Positions 48,539 to 58,723 of a DNA stretch of 64,000 nucleotides are shown in pieces. A program made the position numbers and the translations under genes. Below the pieces are notes generated by a model, which did not search any database, was not told the origin of the DNA, and saw only the letters and a list, made by a program, of their open reading frames with translations. The stretch's first letter is position 1. The number at the start of each line of letters is the position of its first letter. The DNA is from Promethearchaeota archaeon (lineage in GTDB: Archaea; Asgardarchaeota; Lokiarchaeia; Sigyniarchaeales; SOKP01): contig JBHLLU010000006.1 of NCBI GenBank assembly GCA_048938895.1, forward strand, positions 54,367 through 118,366. The letters are read 5' to 3'.

Positions 48539-49714
48539 TTGGAATGTAGAAAGAGAGTACTGGCTGCTCTTAATTTAGAAGAACCTGATCAAGTACCTTG
48601 CCATACGATTCTAATAGACGCTAATAATAGCGATGAGATTCTTGGAAAGCCTGAAATTGATGATTTTGATACGCTCAATCAGGTAAAACAAAACAATCCT
48701 GAAGGTTGGGTTGATGATATGAGTAATCTGATTGAGGGGATTGAAACAACTGTATTTTCAAGATGTGTTGAGGCTGCTACTGAAATCGGATTGGATGTTA
48801 TGCAAGTGGGGGTAATTCCATTTTATGCAATAGGAGAAAATGAAGAAGGTTTACTTCTATTAGGAGATATATATGGGAGAGTATGGTCAGTTTTGAACAA
48901 TGAGGGAAATTTTAATCCCTATTATATCTATGGTACGACAAATTCAAAGGAAAAATGGAAAGATGTCAAGGAAAATATAGAAGGACCTGCTACTGAAAAA
49001 TATAAGAAAATTGTAAAGAAATTCTTTAGAAGAATAAATAAGAAACACAAAGATAAGATTTTCGTGGCTGTTACAAACGATTATTTAGGTACTTTCGAAG
49101 CAGCTTCTCAAGGATTAGGATGGCCGTTTTATTCAAGGATGGTAAGAAAAGACCCAAGATTTATAAGAGAAGTTCATACTGTTATAGCTCAATTTACTGC
49201 TGAATTATATAAAAGTTATATGGATGCGGGAGCAGAAGTATTTGTAGAATCAGGAGATCTTGCGTATAAAACAGGTCCTATGATGAGTCCAAAAAAGTTT
49301 ACGGAGTTAGTTCAACCAGGATATAAAATTATTACTGATACCGTCCATGAACGAGGAGGCAAAATTGTTCTTCATTCAGATGGACAGATAACACCCCTTC
49401 TTAATTTTATTGTGGAATGTGGATTTGATGGACTTCAATCTCTTGAACCAACTGCGGGTGTTGATTTAGCATTAGTGAAGAAAAAAGTTGGTGATAAACT
49501 TTGTCTTATGGGTAATATTGATATTGCCCATATTTTAACGTATGGAACGAAACAAGAAGTTTTTGACGCAGTCAAATATGCTATAAAAATTGGTGGACCC
49601 GATGGTGGCTTTATAGTAAGTGCGGCAAATATGCATCCAGCGGTAAAAGTACAAAATTTAAAATGGATGGTTGAAGCAACCCATAAGTTCGGAAATTACC
49701 CCTTACATCTATAG
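48539..49714 (+). CDS. Uroporphyrinogen decarboxylase / MtaA-CmuA methyltransferase superfamily protein
   Basis: RVLAALNLEEPDQVP, DLAYKTGPMMSP, LHSDG, LMGNID, GGFIVS. Confidence 0.88.
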   Translation: MECRKRVLAALNLEEPDQVPCHTILIDANNSDEILGKPEIDDFDTLNQVKQNNPEGWVDDMSNLIEGIETTVFSRCVEAATEIGLDVMQVGVIPFYAIGENEEGLLLLGDIYGRVWSVLNNEGNFNPYYIYGTTNSKEKWKDVKENIEGPATEKYKKIVKKFFRRINKKHKDKIFVAVTNDYLGTFEAASQGLGWPFYSRMVRKDPRFIREVHTVIAQFTAELYKSYMDAGAEVFVESGDLAYKTGPMMSPKKFTELVQPGYKIITDTVHERGGKIVLHSDGQITPLLNFIVECGFDGLQSLEPTAGVDLALVKKKVGDKLCLMGNIDIAHILTYGTKQEVFDAVKYAIKIGGPDGGFIVSAANMHPAVKVQNLKWMVEATHKFGNYPLHL

Positions 49715-49734
49715 AAATTCTTTATCTGCAAACT

Positions 49735-50091
49735 TCATGAAGGAATCATAGAAAAGAACGCGATTTGGCCGAATATGAGATACCAAATTACCATAAATAA
49801 AACTATAATTACAGTTGAGATTAATCCAAATCCTTTTACTCCTTTTGGAATTCCTAAATCTTCACTTTTTCTTTGAATAAAAGAACGAATCATAGCAACG
49901 ATGTATATTAGAACAATTATTATAGCAACTATCCATAAAAACAACATAAATAATGATAAGGTATAAACTGGAAAGTCATTAAGCCACACCCAAAACCTAA
50001 CAATTAAGTAAGTAGGAATTGAGCTATAGATAGCGGCTGTGAGCAAAAACAACAGTCCCCATAATATGCCTTTTAAAGAATTAGATGTCAT
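49735..50091 (-). CDS. Small three-TM membrane protein
   Basis: 118 aa, three hydrophobic segments. Confidence 0.7.
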   Translation of the reverse strand: MTSNSLKGILWGLLFLLTAAIYSSIPTYLIVRFWVWLNDFPVYTLSLFMLFLWIVAIIIVLIYIVAMIRSFIQRKSEDLGIPKGVKGFGLISTVIIVLFMVIWYLIFGQIAFFSMIPS

Positions 50092-50166
50092 CTATTTATT
50101 ATATTAACAATAATATAAAAGATTTGTTAGAATGCTTCCTAAGATATAAAGAAACTAAATTAAAAC

Positions 50167-51204
50167 TTATAAGATATTTTTAATCATCCATCGAAGAGAT
50201 TTCATTACTCTATCGTCTTCTTCTAGAATTTTTATAGGGAAATATCGAATTCTCCTTCCCATGCCTTTCAAGTTCTGAATTTCAAAGAGATTATAAATAT
50301 AGTCTTTTTTATCTTCTTCTTCAATATCAAATTTATTGCCTATAATTAATATAGGAACAGGATCGACATTCATTTCATGATATTTTTCCTCAATAACCTG
50401 CAACATATTTTTAGCATCAATTATAGACTTATTTTCTGATAATTTAAATATGAGAATTATTCCCTGGGTATGAGTAATGCATTCATCAAAAGATTTAAAA
50501 GCTTTGCAACCGAATTCGCATTTTTCTTCGTCGAAATTTAGAATCTCAAGGTTCTCTATAATTACTTCTAAAATCCTTGTAGCTAAATCATTATCTTTAA
50601 TATTTAGGAATTGTATAAATTCAATATTTTTCAGTAAAGTTTTCTTACCTGATTGTAGGCTTCCTACGATAAAAACTTTCTTTATTAATTTTTTATCTTT
50701 TATAGGTGTCTCAACACGATATCGAGGAGTTAATTTATTGAAATACTTATTAAAAATAATTAAGAAAGCATCTTTGAGTTTATCATCAGCATAAAGAAGT
50801 ACGTTCCCTTTTGAATCTGCATGTTTGCTCTCATGCAATAAAGATGTAATATTACTCAACTTTTTTATTTCTTCTGCAAACTCCTCTAATATTGGCCCTT
50901 TTGAATCTAAATATTTAAAGACATCTACGATTTCATCTTTAAAGAATGCAGTTCTAATCATAAAGGTAATCATCATTAATTCTTTACCGCCACGAGCGAA
51001 TTTAGAATCCAGATAAAATAAATGATTTACTGTTTGATATTTTCGGTAAGCAAAGATAAAAGTACCCTCCTCATCATTAAATTCAAGAATTTTATCTAAA
51101 TCTGGAGCTCCTATAACTTCATCTAAAGGTTCACTTGAATAAAATAAATTTGGGCCTATTACATGGTCAAAATAGGAAACGGATAGAATTTGATCTTGAG
51201 ACAT
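50167..51204 (-). CDS. uDENN/longin-like domain fused to a degenerate small GTPase
   Basis: SVSYFDHVIGPNLFY N-terminus, ARGGKELMMIT; G1 GSLQSGKKT, QGIILIF, G4 GNKFD; no canonical DxxG. Confidence 0.75.
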   Translation of the reverse strand: MSQDQILSVSYFDHVIGPNLFYSSEPLDEVIGAPDLDKILEFNDEEGTFIFAYRKYQTVNHLFYLDSKFARGGKELMMITFMIRTAFFKDEIVDVFKYLDSKGPILEEFAEEIKKLSNITSLLHESKHADSKGNVLLYADDKLKDAFLIIFNKYFNKLTPRYRVETPIKDKKLIKKVFIVGSLQSGKKTLLKNIEFIQFLNIKDNDLATRILEVIIENLEILNFDEEKCEFGCKAFKSFDECITHTQGIILIFKLSENKSIIDAKNMLQVIEEKYHEMNVDPVPILIIGNKFDIEEEDKKDYIYNLFEIQNLKGMGRRIRYFPIKILEEDDRVMKSLRWMIKNIL

Positions 51205-51355
51205 TTTGAATTTATAAATCAGTATTGTACTAATAAAATACTGAATTTTTAATGAAAAAGTAAGATAGCCTTTAATTTAAAATTTATAATTTGAAAATAT
51301 CAATGAAATGCTCGAAATTTTAATAACAGAAAAGATAAAAAAAAATGAAAAAATT

Positions 51356-53041
51356 TTAATGGAAAAATCCAAAAATGAAACTTAATCCACTCTGATAAGG
51401 TGAAATAGTGCATATTAGCAAAGTGAAAAAAAGTGTATTTACAAAAGCTACAGGTATGATGCTTTTTGTTTTATCATATATAAGTGTTGAGATAAAACTA
51501 TTCATAAGGAATAGAGGTATTGCTAAGGGGATAAAAGAACCGAAATAGAAAAAACTCCCCATAATAAGAGCTATAATCAAAAGAATTGTAAACATGTATA
51601 GAAATTGTAATCCAAAAATTATCAGTGATGATTTCACTAGAGATCTGATAGTTCTTTCAAACTTATTTTGTATAATTCCATGAAATATAATTCCAAATAT
51701 TGTGAAAATAATAAATAGAAAAATGAAATATAATGGCACCCAGAAAATTTTAGTGATCGAAGGAACGATGCCAATATAATGTAATCCACCGGAAAGGTAA
51801 ATAATCACTGTTAAAAGGATTGCTAAAATTGCTCCTAATAAGAATTGTCTAATAAGGTCGGATTTGGGCATTTTAAATGAGTTTTTTATGGTTTCAATGA
51901 GCTTTTTGTTATGTTTCTTTCCTATTCTCCATAATAAAACCAGAATTCCAAAAGCTTGTCCAAATAACAAAGCTGTTATAAAACCCGCTACAGCTAAAAA
52001 TACAATTAGAATTATAGGTAAAAAAAGAAGTATTCCTGGTATCCCAAATATCAATGAATAGCCAATTATTTTTCCTGTAAACTTTACTAAAGTCTCATTT
52101 TCAGGTTCAAATTCAAAGGTTTTCTCATCTCTAGATTTAAGAACTAATCTTGAAGTCGGACCAATAATTAAACCAAAAAAACCTAATCCCCCAATAAGCT
52201 GTAAAAACAATATTATGAGTCTTATATTAGCATAGAAATTCTCATCTATAGGTTTTACCTCGGGAAAAGAATTAAGCGCAAAATTTCTTGCTTCTCTAAT
52301 AAAATCTGGGTCCCAGTCACCCAATACATGGTTCGTATTATCGTCAAGATAAATCATTGCAGCATTTCCATCTTGAAAACTACCATATAACCTATTTACA
52401 TCTAAATCCTCGCTCGCTATACCAGTATAATCAGACAACCCTTCTTTAAGATCCTCAGGGGTGATTAATTCGTCATACCTACCAAGTATCATGAGAATAT
52501 TTAAAGGATGTGTTGAATTTCCCTTTCTTACATCATTCGGTAGCAATGTTCCCGCACCTATAAAACATTTGAAATCTGTCGATTGATTTACTATTTTGAT
52601 TCCAGGACCACCACCCATAGAAAACCCAAAATAACCAAGAGAACTTGTATTAACGTCACCCCGGGCATTAAGATAAGATATTATCGCATTTATATCGTTA
52701 ACTAAAAAATCTCTTTTAAGTTCTCCCGTACTCTGTCCATGTCCTCGAAAATCTAATGGTACTGCTACAAATCCCGCGGCTGCTAACTCAAGTGCATATC
52801 CTTTCAACATTTCTTTATTCGACATTATACCATGTCCCAATATTATTGCTTTTTTATTCACTCCAACCCTTCTTGGTTCAAATACATTGAAAGAAATAGT
52901 TTCTCCATCTATAGTTTTTACTGTTTTATTATATGTTGCTTTAACATTTACAGGCAGTATGAGCATTAAAATTGTTCCTAATATGAATATAGTTAAAAAG
53001 ATAGAAATAAATACTAATTTTTTTAAATCTATTTTTTGCAT
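51356..53041 (-). CDS. Alpha/beta hydrolase with N-terminal anchor and multi-TM C-terminal domain
   Basis: LGHG, DFRGHGQS, GFSMGG nucleophile elbow, Asp (GRYDE), His (TNHV). Confidence 0.88.
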   Translation of the reverse strand: MQKIDLKKLVFISIFLTIFILGTILMLILPVNVKATYNKTVKTIDGETISFNVFEPRRVGVNKKAIILGHGIMSNKEMLKGYALELAAAGFVAVPLDFRGHGQSTGELKRDFLVNDINAIISYLNARGDVNTSSLGYFGFSMGGGPGIKIVNQSTDFKCFIGAGTLLPNDVRKGNSTHPLNILMILGRYDELITPEDLKEGLSDYTGIASEDLDVNRLYGSFQDGNAAMIYLDDNTNHVLGDWDPDFIREARNFALNSFPEVKPIDENFYANIRLIILFLQLIGGLGFFGLIIGPTSRLVLKSRDEKTFEFEPENETLVKFTGKIIGYSLIFGIPGILLFLPIILIVFLAVAGFITALLFGQAFGILVLLWRIGKKHNKKLIETIKNSFKMPKSDLIRQFLLGAILAILLTVIIYLSGGLHYIGIVPSITKIFWVPLYFIFLFIIFTIFGIIFHGIIQNKFERTIRSLVKSSLIIFGLQFLYMFTILLIIALIMGSFFYFGSFIPLAIPLFLMNSFISTLIYDKTKSIIPVAFVNTLFFTLLICTISPYQSGLSFIFGFFH

Positions 53042-53200
53042 ATTTGTCAGATTTTATTCAATTTAATTATACTCGTGTAATTAAATGATAGGTTATGTGA
53101 ATTATAAGTGTTAAATTTTTTGAAAATTAGCATTGGGGAAAAAGTTTAAAGCTACTAATTTTCATAATCTTTAAAACTAGATCTAATAATTCCAAAAGCA

Positions 53201-54094
53201 GTGGTTAATCTAATGGGAGATTATAAAAACATGGAGCAAGCTTATAAAGCTTCTTCTAAAATATTAGAAAAGAGGATGAGCAAAGAACGTCCATTGGATT
53301 TAGAAATATTGAAGAAAGTTGAAGAATCTTCAATTATCATAGTTTCAGGTTCATATGATAGAGTGGAAACCGTCTTTGATATGATTAATGTTCCGTACGT
53401 CCTAATAGCACCAGAGGAAGTTAATCAAATTGAATTAAATCCTGAGCAGATCTTAATAATTAATTGCCCTGGAAATATTTATGAAGATGTTTTACCCAAA
53501 ATTAAAGAATTCGTAAAACAAGGAGGATTTCTATTCACTACAGATTGGGCTCTGTTGAATATTCTAGAAAAAATATTCCCAGAGTATGTAAAGTATAATC
53601 AACAACCAACAACTGATGATTGCGTCGCAGTTCAGGTAGTTGATAAATCAAATAAATTCTTAGAAGGATTATTCAAAGCAGATGAAGAACCTATTTGGTG
53701 GCTTGAGTCTTCTTCATATCCTATTCAAATTCTTGATAAACAGAAAGTTAAAATATTAGTAACTAGTAGAGAAATGGAACAAAAATATGGTGAAGCTCCT
53801 ATAGTTATTACTTTTGATTTTGGAGATGGGGGAACTGTGCTTCATATGACAAGTCATTATTATCTCCAACGTGCTGAATTGAGGACCAAACGGCATAAAA
53901 TGAGTGCTAAAGAATATATTCAGAATGAAATGGCATTTACCGATGAAGAAGCTGAAGAGATCGAAAAAGATCTTGAGGGCTTAACCCTTGGAGAAGCTGA
54001 ATCTGCTTATTCAACAACACAGTTTATCAGCAATGTTATTGTTGAACAGCAAAAAAAGATTAAAAAGCGAAAAGAAGAAAATAAAGAAAAGTAA
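53201..54094 (+). CDS. Hypothetical protein, possible class I glutamine amidotransferase-like fold
   Basis: LIINCPG...IKEFVKQGGFLFTTDWA and GGTVLHMTSHY patterns; real start may be the ATG at 53213. Confidence 0.6.
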   Translation: MVNLMGDYKNMEQAYKASSKILEKRMSKERPLDLEILKKVEESSIIIVSGSYDRVETVFDMINVPYVLIAPEEVNQIELNPEQILIINCPGNIYEDVLPKIKEFVKQGGFLFTTDWALLNILEKIFPEYVKYNQQPTTDDCVAVQVVDKSNKFLEGLFKADEEPIWWLESSSYPIQILDKQKVKILVTSREMEQKYGEAPIVITFDFGDGGTVLHMTSHYYLQRAELRTKRHKMSAKEYIQNEMAFTDEEAEEIEKDLEGLTLGEAESAYSTTQFISNVIVEQQKKIKKRKEENKEK

Positions 54095-54186
54095 AAATAA
54101 CTCATTTTTTATTTTATTTCTTAGAAATCAAAATGTATTTCAATTCACTAATATTTTCAAGTTTAATTACTTTTATTTGATGAATT

Positions 54187-55635
54187 ATGGAAGATACACT
54201 CCCCATACCACCACGAGAATTAAATGGAAAAAGACTATTTGGATATTCCATGGGCGATTTAGGAATGCCCCTAGTAAACATATTCACTGGAATATATTTA
54301 ATTCAATTTTATGTTTACACAATCAATCTTGACGCACTTCTCGTTTCGGTCGGAGTTTTTGCTCAATTATTCTTAGATGCATTGTTTGCTATAATTTTCG
54401 GAGTAATTGTTGACAATAAAAAACCAGGGAAATTAGGGAAAAGGCGTCCTTTCTTACTTTTTGGTCTACCTGTTTGGGTTACAGCCAATATCTTGGTTTG
54501 GCTTCCACCCAGAGCTCCACAGGGAAATCCGTTATTTCTTCCCACGGCAATATTTTTCTGGACTATCATCATAATCAGATCTTTATCAAGGTCACTATTA
54601 TTCAATGTTTATATATCAATGTTGCCTGAACAGTCCCAAACTCTAAAAAACAGGGAAAAAGTAGCTTCTGTAAGATCTGCCTTTTCTATAATAGCTTCAG
54701 TTGTGGCACTGTTGTTACCTTTAATGGTTCAGAGTCTTTTACCAGATCCTAGAAATGCGAAGTGGTGGACTGATTCTGGAAAAATAGTCACTACTTTAAT
54801 CCCAATTATAGGAACGGGATTCTCTATTTTTGGTTTTATTTCCGTCTTACTAATATATTTTTCTGTAAATGAGAATTTTCATAATTTAAACAGTGAATAT
54901 CGCCATGAAAAAATTACCATTTTAGGTAGATTCCGTCAAATGGCAATACCCTTAAAGGATGTTAGTTTTTTAAATATAGTAATTGCTGGATTTTTTGCTG
55001 GTCTCGCAGGAAGAACTTTAGGATTTCTAATATTTCCCTTCCAGAATTATGTACTCGAATTCGAAAATGTTGCATTTTATACGTATATTTTTATCTCTAT
55101 ATTCGGAAAATTTGGGTGGTATTTCATATGGATCAAATTGAGAAAAAAGAATCATATAATTAAATCATATTCTACTATTATGATACTCAGTATATTTGGT
55201 TCATTTTTGGGTTCATTCTTCTTAATCCCATTCCTTCCATTTGGAATAGAATTGACATTATATATCATTACATGGAGTACTGTACTAGGATCAATGTATT
55301 CAGCTCCTTTATTTTCAATTCCATTAACAGCAGCATTAGTTCATGAAGCTGCAGAAAATTCAGGGGAACCTGATATTGATGTAGCAATATCAAAAATTTC
55401 TGGCTCATATTATGGATTAGCATCGTTTGTGAGATCATTAGGACCGGCATTTATGTCGCTTATTATAGGATTTTTACTATCAGGAAAAAATCAGAGCAAT
55501 CCAATAATTATGATATTACTTTGGGTCGGTATGGGCTTTTTCTACCTAGCGGCTTTGGTATTTATAAAGAAAATTAAAGTTAAAAATTTAAAATTTATAG
55601 AACCTAAATTAGAGGAAGATAAGTTTATCTTGTGA
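54187..55635 (+). CDS. MFS transporter, glycoside-pentoside-hexuronide (MelB-like) family
   Basis: FGYSMGDLG, GVIVD...GKRRPFLL, about 12 TM. Confidence 0.88.
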   Translation: MEDTLPIPPRELNGKRLFGYSMGDLGMPLVNIFTGIYLIQFYVYTINLDALLVSVGVFAQLFLDALFAIIFGVIVDNKKPGKLGKRRPFLLFGLPVWVTANILVWLPPRAPQGNPLFLPTAIFFWTIIIIRSLSRSLLFNVYISMLPEQSQTLKNREKVASVRSAFSIIASVVALLLPLMVQSLLPDPRNAKWWTDSGKIVTTLIPIIGTGFSIFGFISVLLIYFSVNENFHNLNSEYRHEKITILGRFRQMAIPLKDVSFLNIVIAGFFAGLAGRTLGFLIFPFQNYVLEFENVAFYTYIFISIFGKFGWYFIWIKLRKKNHIIKSYSTIMILSIFGSFLGSFFLIPFLPFGIELTLYIITWSTVLGSMYSAPLFSIPLTAALVHEAAENSGEPDIDVAISKISGSYYGLASFVRSLGPAFMSLIIGFLLSGKNQSNPIIMILLWVGMGFFYLAALVFIKKIKVKNLKFIEPKLEEDKFIL

Positions 55636-56713
55636 TGTTAGCTGGATTTCTTAAAAACGCATCAACTAGTCGAATAGTCTCATAAAGATCTTGAAGTTTT
55701 AATAATGATGTTGGTGAATGAATATATCTGCAAGGAACTGAAACTACAGAGCTTGGAACACCTTTACGAGAAACATGGATCTTGCCCGCATCAGTTCCCC
55801 CATAACGGGGTTTTTTAATTTGGTAATTAATTTTTTCAATTTCTGCATTCTTGATAATTCTTTTATTTACTTTAGGGTTTGAAATCATATTTCTGTCTGC
55901 AACGGTTATGGCAGGTCCTTTTCCGATATCAACTGGATTTAGTGATTCTCTAATTCCTGGTACATCCCCTGCAGAAGTGTTTTCGATTGCAATACCCATG
56001 GTAGGATCTAAAGTATAAGCTCCCGCTGTCGCTCCACTCCCACCAATTTCTTCCTGTACTGCAAAATTAAAAAGAGCTGTATCATTGACATTATCATTTT
56101 CTTTTAATAACCTTAAAACATGCAGCAATACGTTACAACCAGTTCGATCATCAAAAGCTTTACCTTTAATCATTCCATTTGGAAATTCTAAGAAAGGAGA
56201 GACTAGTGTACCCATTGTTCCGATCAATATATTGCTATCATATACCTCCTCCTCAGATGCTAAACCCAAGTCAATATACATATCAGCAACATCAACTTTC
56301 TTTTGTCTTTCTTTAGCTGATGAAAGGTGAGGTGGTTTAGATCCGATTATTCCATTAAAAACTTTACCTGTACTTGATTTTAATGCTACAGATTGACCAA
56401 GAAGAATTCGGGTATCCCAACCTCCTATTAAAACAAATCGTAAAAATCCCTTTTTTTCAACATGAGAAACCATAAAACCAATCTCATCAATATGCGCATC
56501 AAATAATATGCTATTACTTTTGTCATTTCCTTCTTTAATAGCGAGTACGTTTCCTAAAGGATCTATCCAGGATTTGTCTGCTAATCCTTCGTTCTCAATT
56601 AAATCTATAATGAAGTTGCTTACTTCTTCTTCATGTCCAGAAACGCCGATTAATGATGATAACTTTTGCTGAAGATCTTTAATACCTTCAATATTTAGTG
56701 ATTCCCTTATCAT
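55625..56713 (-). CDS. M42 (TET-like) aminopeptidase
   Basis: GVSGHE, AHIDEIG, KAFDDRTG, QEEIG, GGTDAG, PCRYIHSP. Confidence 0.94.
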   Translation of the reverse strand: MIRESLNIEGIKDLQQKLSSLIGVSGHEEEVSNFIIDLIENEGLADKSWIDPLGNVLAIKEGNDKSNSILFDAHIDEIGFMVSHVEKKGFLRFVLIGGWDTRILLGQSVALKSSTGKVFNGIIGSKPPHLSSAKERQKKVDVADMYIDLGLASEEEVYDSNILIGTMGTLVSPFLEFPNGMIKGKAFDDRTGCNVLLHVLRLLKENDNVNDTALFNFAVQEEIGGSGATAGAYTLDPTMGIAIENTSAGDVPGIRESLNPVDIGKGPAITVADRNMISNPKVNKRIIKNAEIEKINYQIKKPRYGGTDAGKIHVSRKGVPSSVVSVPCRYIHSPTSLLKLQDLYETIRLVDAFLRNPANITR

Positions 56714-56954
56714 AATTCATCTTTTCTATAGTATTGTACTTAAAAAAAAGACAATTGGATATAATGAAAAAAGCTTAATCAATATATTGAGTTTGTTTAG
56801 TGAAAAAATTTCTTATAAAAAATTAGAAAAAACCATTTATTGTTTTCGTAATTTATCTGTGTGCTTATACACACAAATTTTTTCTAAAATTAAAAATGAA
56901 GAAAAAAATTATTTCCGTATCTTCTTTAACTTTTCAATGAAGTTCTTTAATACC

Positions 56955-58613
56955 CTATTTACGCGTTTTTTTTAATTCTGCAATAGATTTCTCTGCTAAT
57001 ATTATCGCATCATCATATTTTGATTTATACTTCCTAACTTGAGCTTCGAGTTCAATTGCTTTATTGTTTAGTTCTAATAATTCTTCTGAATTTTCGGTTA
57101 AAGGAACAATATCTCCTTCTCCTTTTTCTGCCATTTCCTTAAGATAATTATATTTTTCCTTCCAAACATTTATCTCCGTTTGTAAATCAGATATAGTATC
57201 ATCAGTAGCGACAAGGGGGATATCTTTTCCCTCTTTAACATCAGCAACTTTTTGTTTTAGGCGAGAAACCTCATCTTCCAATTCTTGAATTTTTATTTTT
57301 AGAGCAGCAATTTCGTCTAAATAATCGGCAGCTTTCTTTGGTTCTAACATTTCCTCAAACATCGATTTACCAGTTTCTAATTCATCAGCAGATTTTCCCC
57401 CCAATAATAACTCCTTTCTTTTCTGTAATTCCTCTACTGTACTTTTTGATAAAAAATCTAAGGGGTTAAAACTAACTCCACCATGCTTAGTCCTTCTTTT
57501 CCTTATCATTACAAAGAGTGGAATTCCCTTAACAGCTTCTCCACAGATTATTGCTTGACCTTTGTCTAATCCTGAAATGTCAGATTTATTTTCATTACTT
57601 AGATCTTCAGCACTTGAAATCGTAATTCCAATGTCTCGGATATCTGATAAATTATGGACAACCCACGTCCCTGCTTGAGCTCTAATCGTCGTATCTAACA
57701 ATTGAGGACGCTGTGTTCCTATAACGATGTTTGCTCCGAATTTTCTTCCTTCTTGAGCAAATAATTTAACTACTTCGCAAGTTTCTGTTTGCTTTTTCCC
57801 AGCAAATAAATGAGCTTCATCTAGGAATAAGTAGAATGGAGGAATGCTTCTCGTTGTACTCGCATCATATAGTTTCTTGAGCAATTTACCAGCTATAGCC
57901 TCTTGTACTTCTAATGCCAACCCATTTAAATTAACTACTGTACAAAGATTGGGAGCAACAATATCAGAAGGTTTTAAGGAGAAAAGATATTCAATATCAA
58001 CATCTCCCCCTTTATTTTTCTTTAAATCAGAGAATTCAATTATATTATCTACAAATTCACTTTCCCCTTCTGGAAGATCCTCTCCAGCGACCTTTAGAGA
58101 ACCATATTCTCCATGTCTATCTAATATTACTACCGGGATTCCTTTTTTGAGAAATTCCTCACACAATACTCCCATTGTGTAAGATTTTCCAGATCCTGAT
58201 TTTCCTGTAATAAAAATTCTGCCAAAATTTTTTATTAGTAAATAAACTTCATAGGGATAACCAATAAGCTTTCCTAAAGAGAGAGATTCTTCTGGGGGAT
58301 TAAATATTCCTAAAATCTTTGAAATTTGTTCTTCTTTCGCCATAAAGACATCTGAACCAATTTCGAAAGGCCTTTTCGGTCTTTCACCTAAAACCCCTAA
58401 TTTTGCCATACGTCCTTTTTCATCTGTCCACATTTCAGTAATGTAAAGAACATAGTAGGATTTATTTCCCTCTTCGTCTTTTTCACCATAAACTACTAAA
58501 TAATTATTTCTTTCAACTGCTGGACCTTCAATCATCACAGTTACTGTATGTGTTGTTGTTTTTCCAGTCAATCGACCTACAGGTTTTTCTTCCTGTGAAC
58601 CTTCTTCCAACAT
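56955..58613 (-). CDS. HerA/FtsK-superfamily ATPase (DUF87-type) with C-terminal coiled coil
   Basis: HAS-barrel-like N-terminus, GKSGSGKS, DRHGEY, LFLDEAH, EGRKFG, TQRP. Confidence 0.88.
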   Translation of the reverse strand: MLEEGSQEEKPVGRLTGKTTTHTVTVMIEGPAVERNNYLVVYGEKDEEGNKSYYVLYITEMWTDEKGRMAKLGVLGERPKRPFEIGSDVFMAKEEQISKILGIFNPPEESLSLGKLIGYPYEVYLLIKNFGRIFITGKSGSGKSYTMGVLCEEFLKKGIPVVILDRHGEYGSLKVAGEDLPEGESEFVDNIIEFSDLKKNKGGDVDIEYLFSLKPSDIVAPNLCTVVNLNGLALEVQEAIAGKLLKKLYDASTTRSIPPFYLFLDEAHLFAGKKQTETCEVVKLFAQEGRKFGANIVIGTQRPQLLDTTIRAQAGTWVVHNLSDIRDIGITISSAEDLSNENKSDISGLDKGQAIICGEAVKGIPLFVMIRKRRTKHGGVSFNPLDFLSKSTVEELQKRKELLLGGKSADELETGKSMFEEMLEPKKAADYLDEIAALKIKIQELEDEVSRLKQKVADVKEGKDIPLVATDDTISDLQTEINVWKEKYNYLKEMAEKGEGDIVPLTENSEELLELNNKAIELEAQVRKYKSKYDDAIILAEKSIAELKKTRK

Positions 58614-58723
58614 TAAATTTCACATGTTATCCAGTTTTTTAGTATAATAAGTAATTTCAAGTATATTAATATTTTAACAATTTCATAAAAAAAATTAAAA
58701 AATTATGATTTCACCAAGTAAGT

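Noticed and set aside
53988-54332. 114-aa ORF bridging two genes
   Set aside because: Overlaps both neighbours out of frame and crosses an AT-rich terminator-like spacer.
56787-56975. 62-aa ORF in the M42-HerA spacer
   Set aside because: Low-complexity K/F/N-rich translation of AT-rich intergenic DNA with a TTG start.
56955-58613. HerA as part of an anti-phage defence system
   Set aside because: The neighbours are housekeeping-type genes (M42 peptidase, DUF2156, gap); no effector gene or island features.
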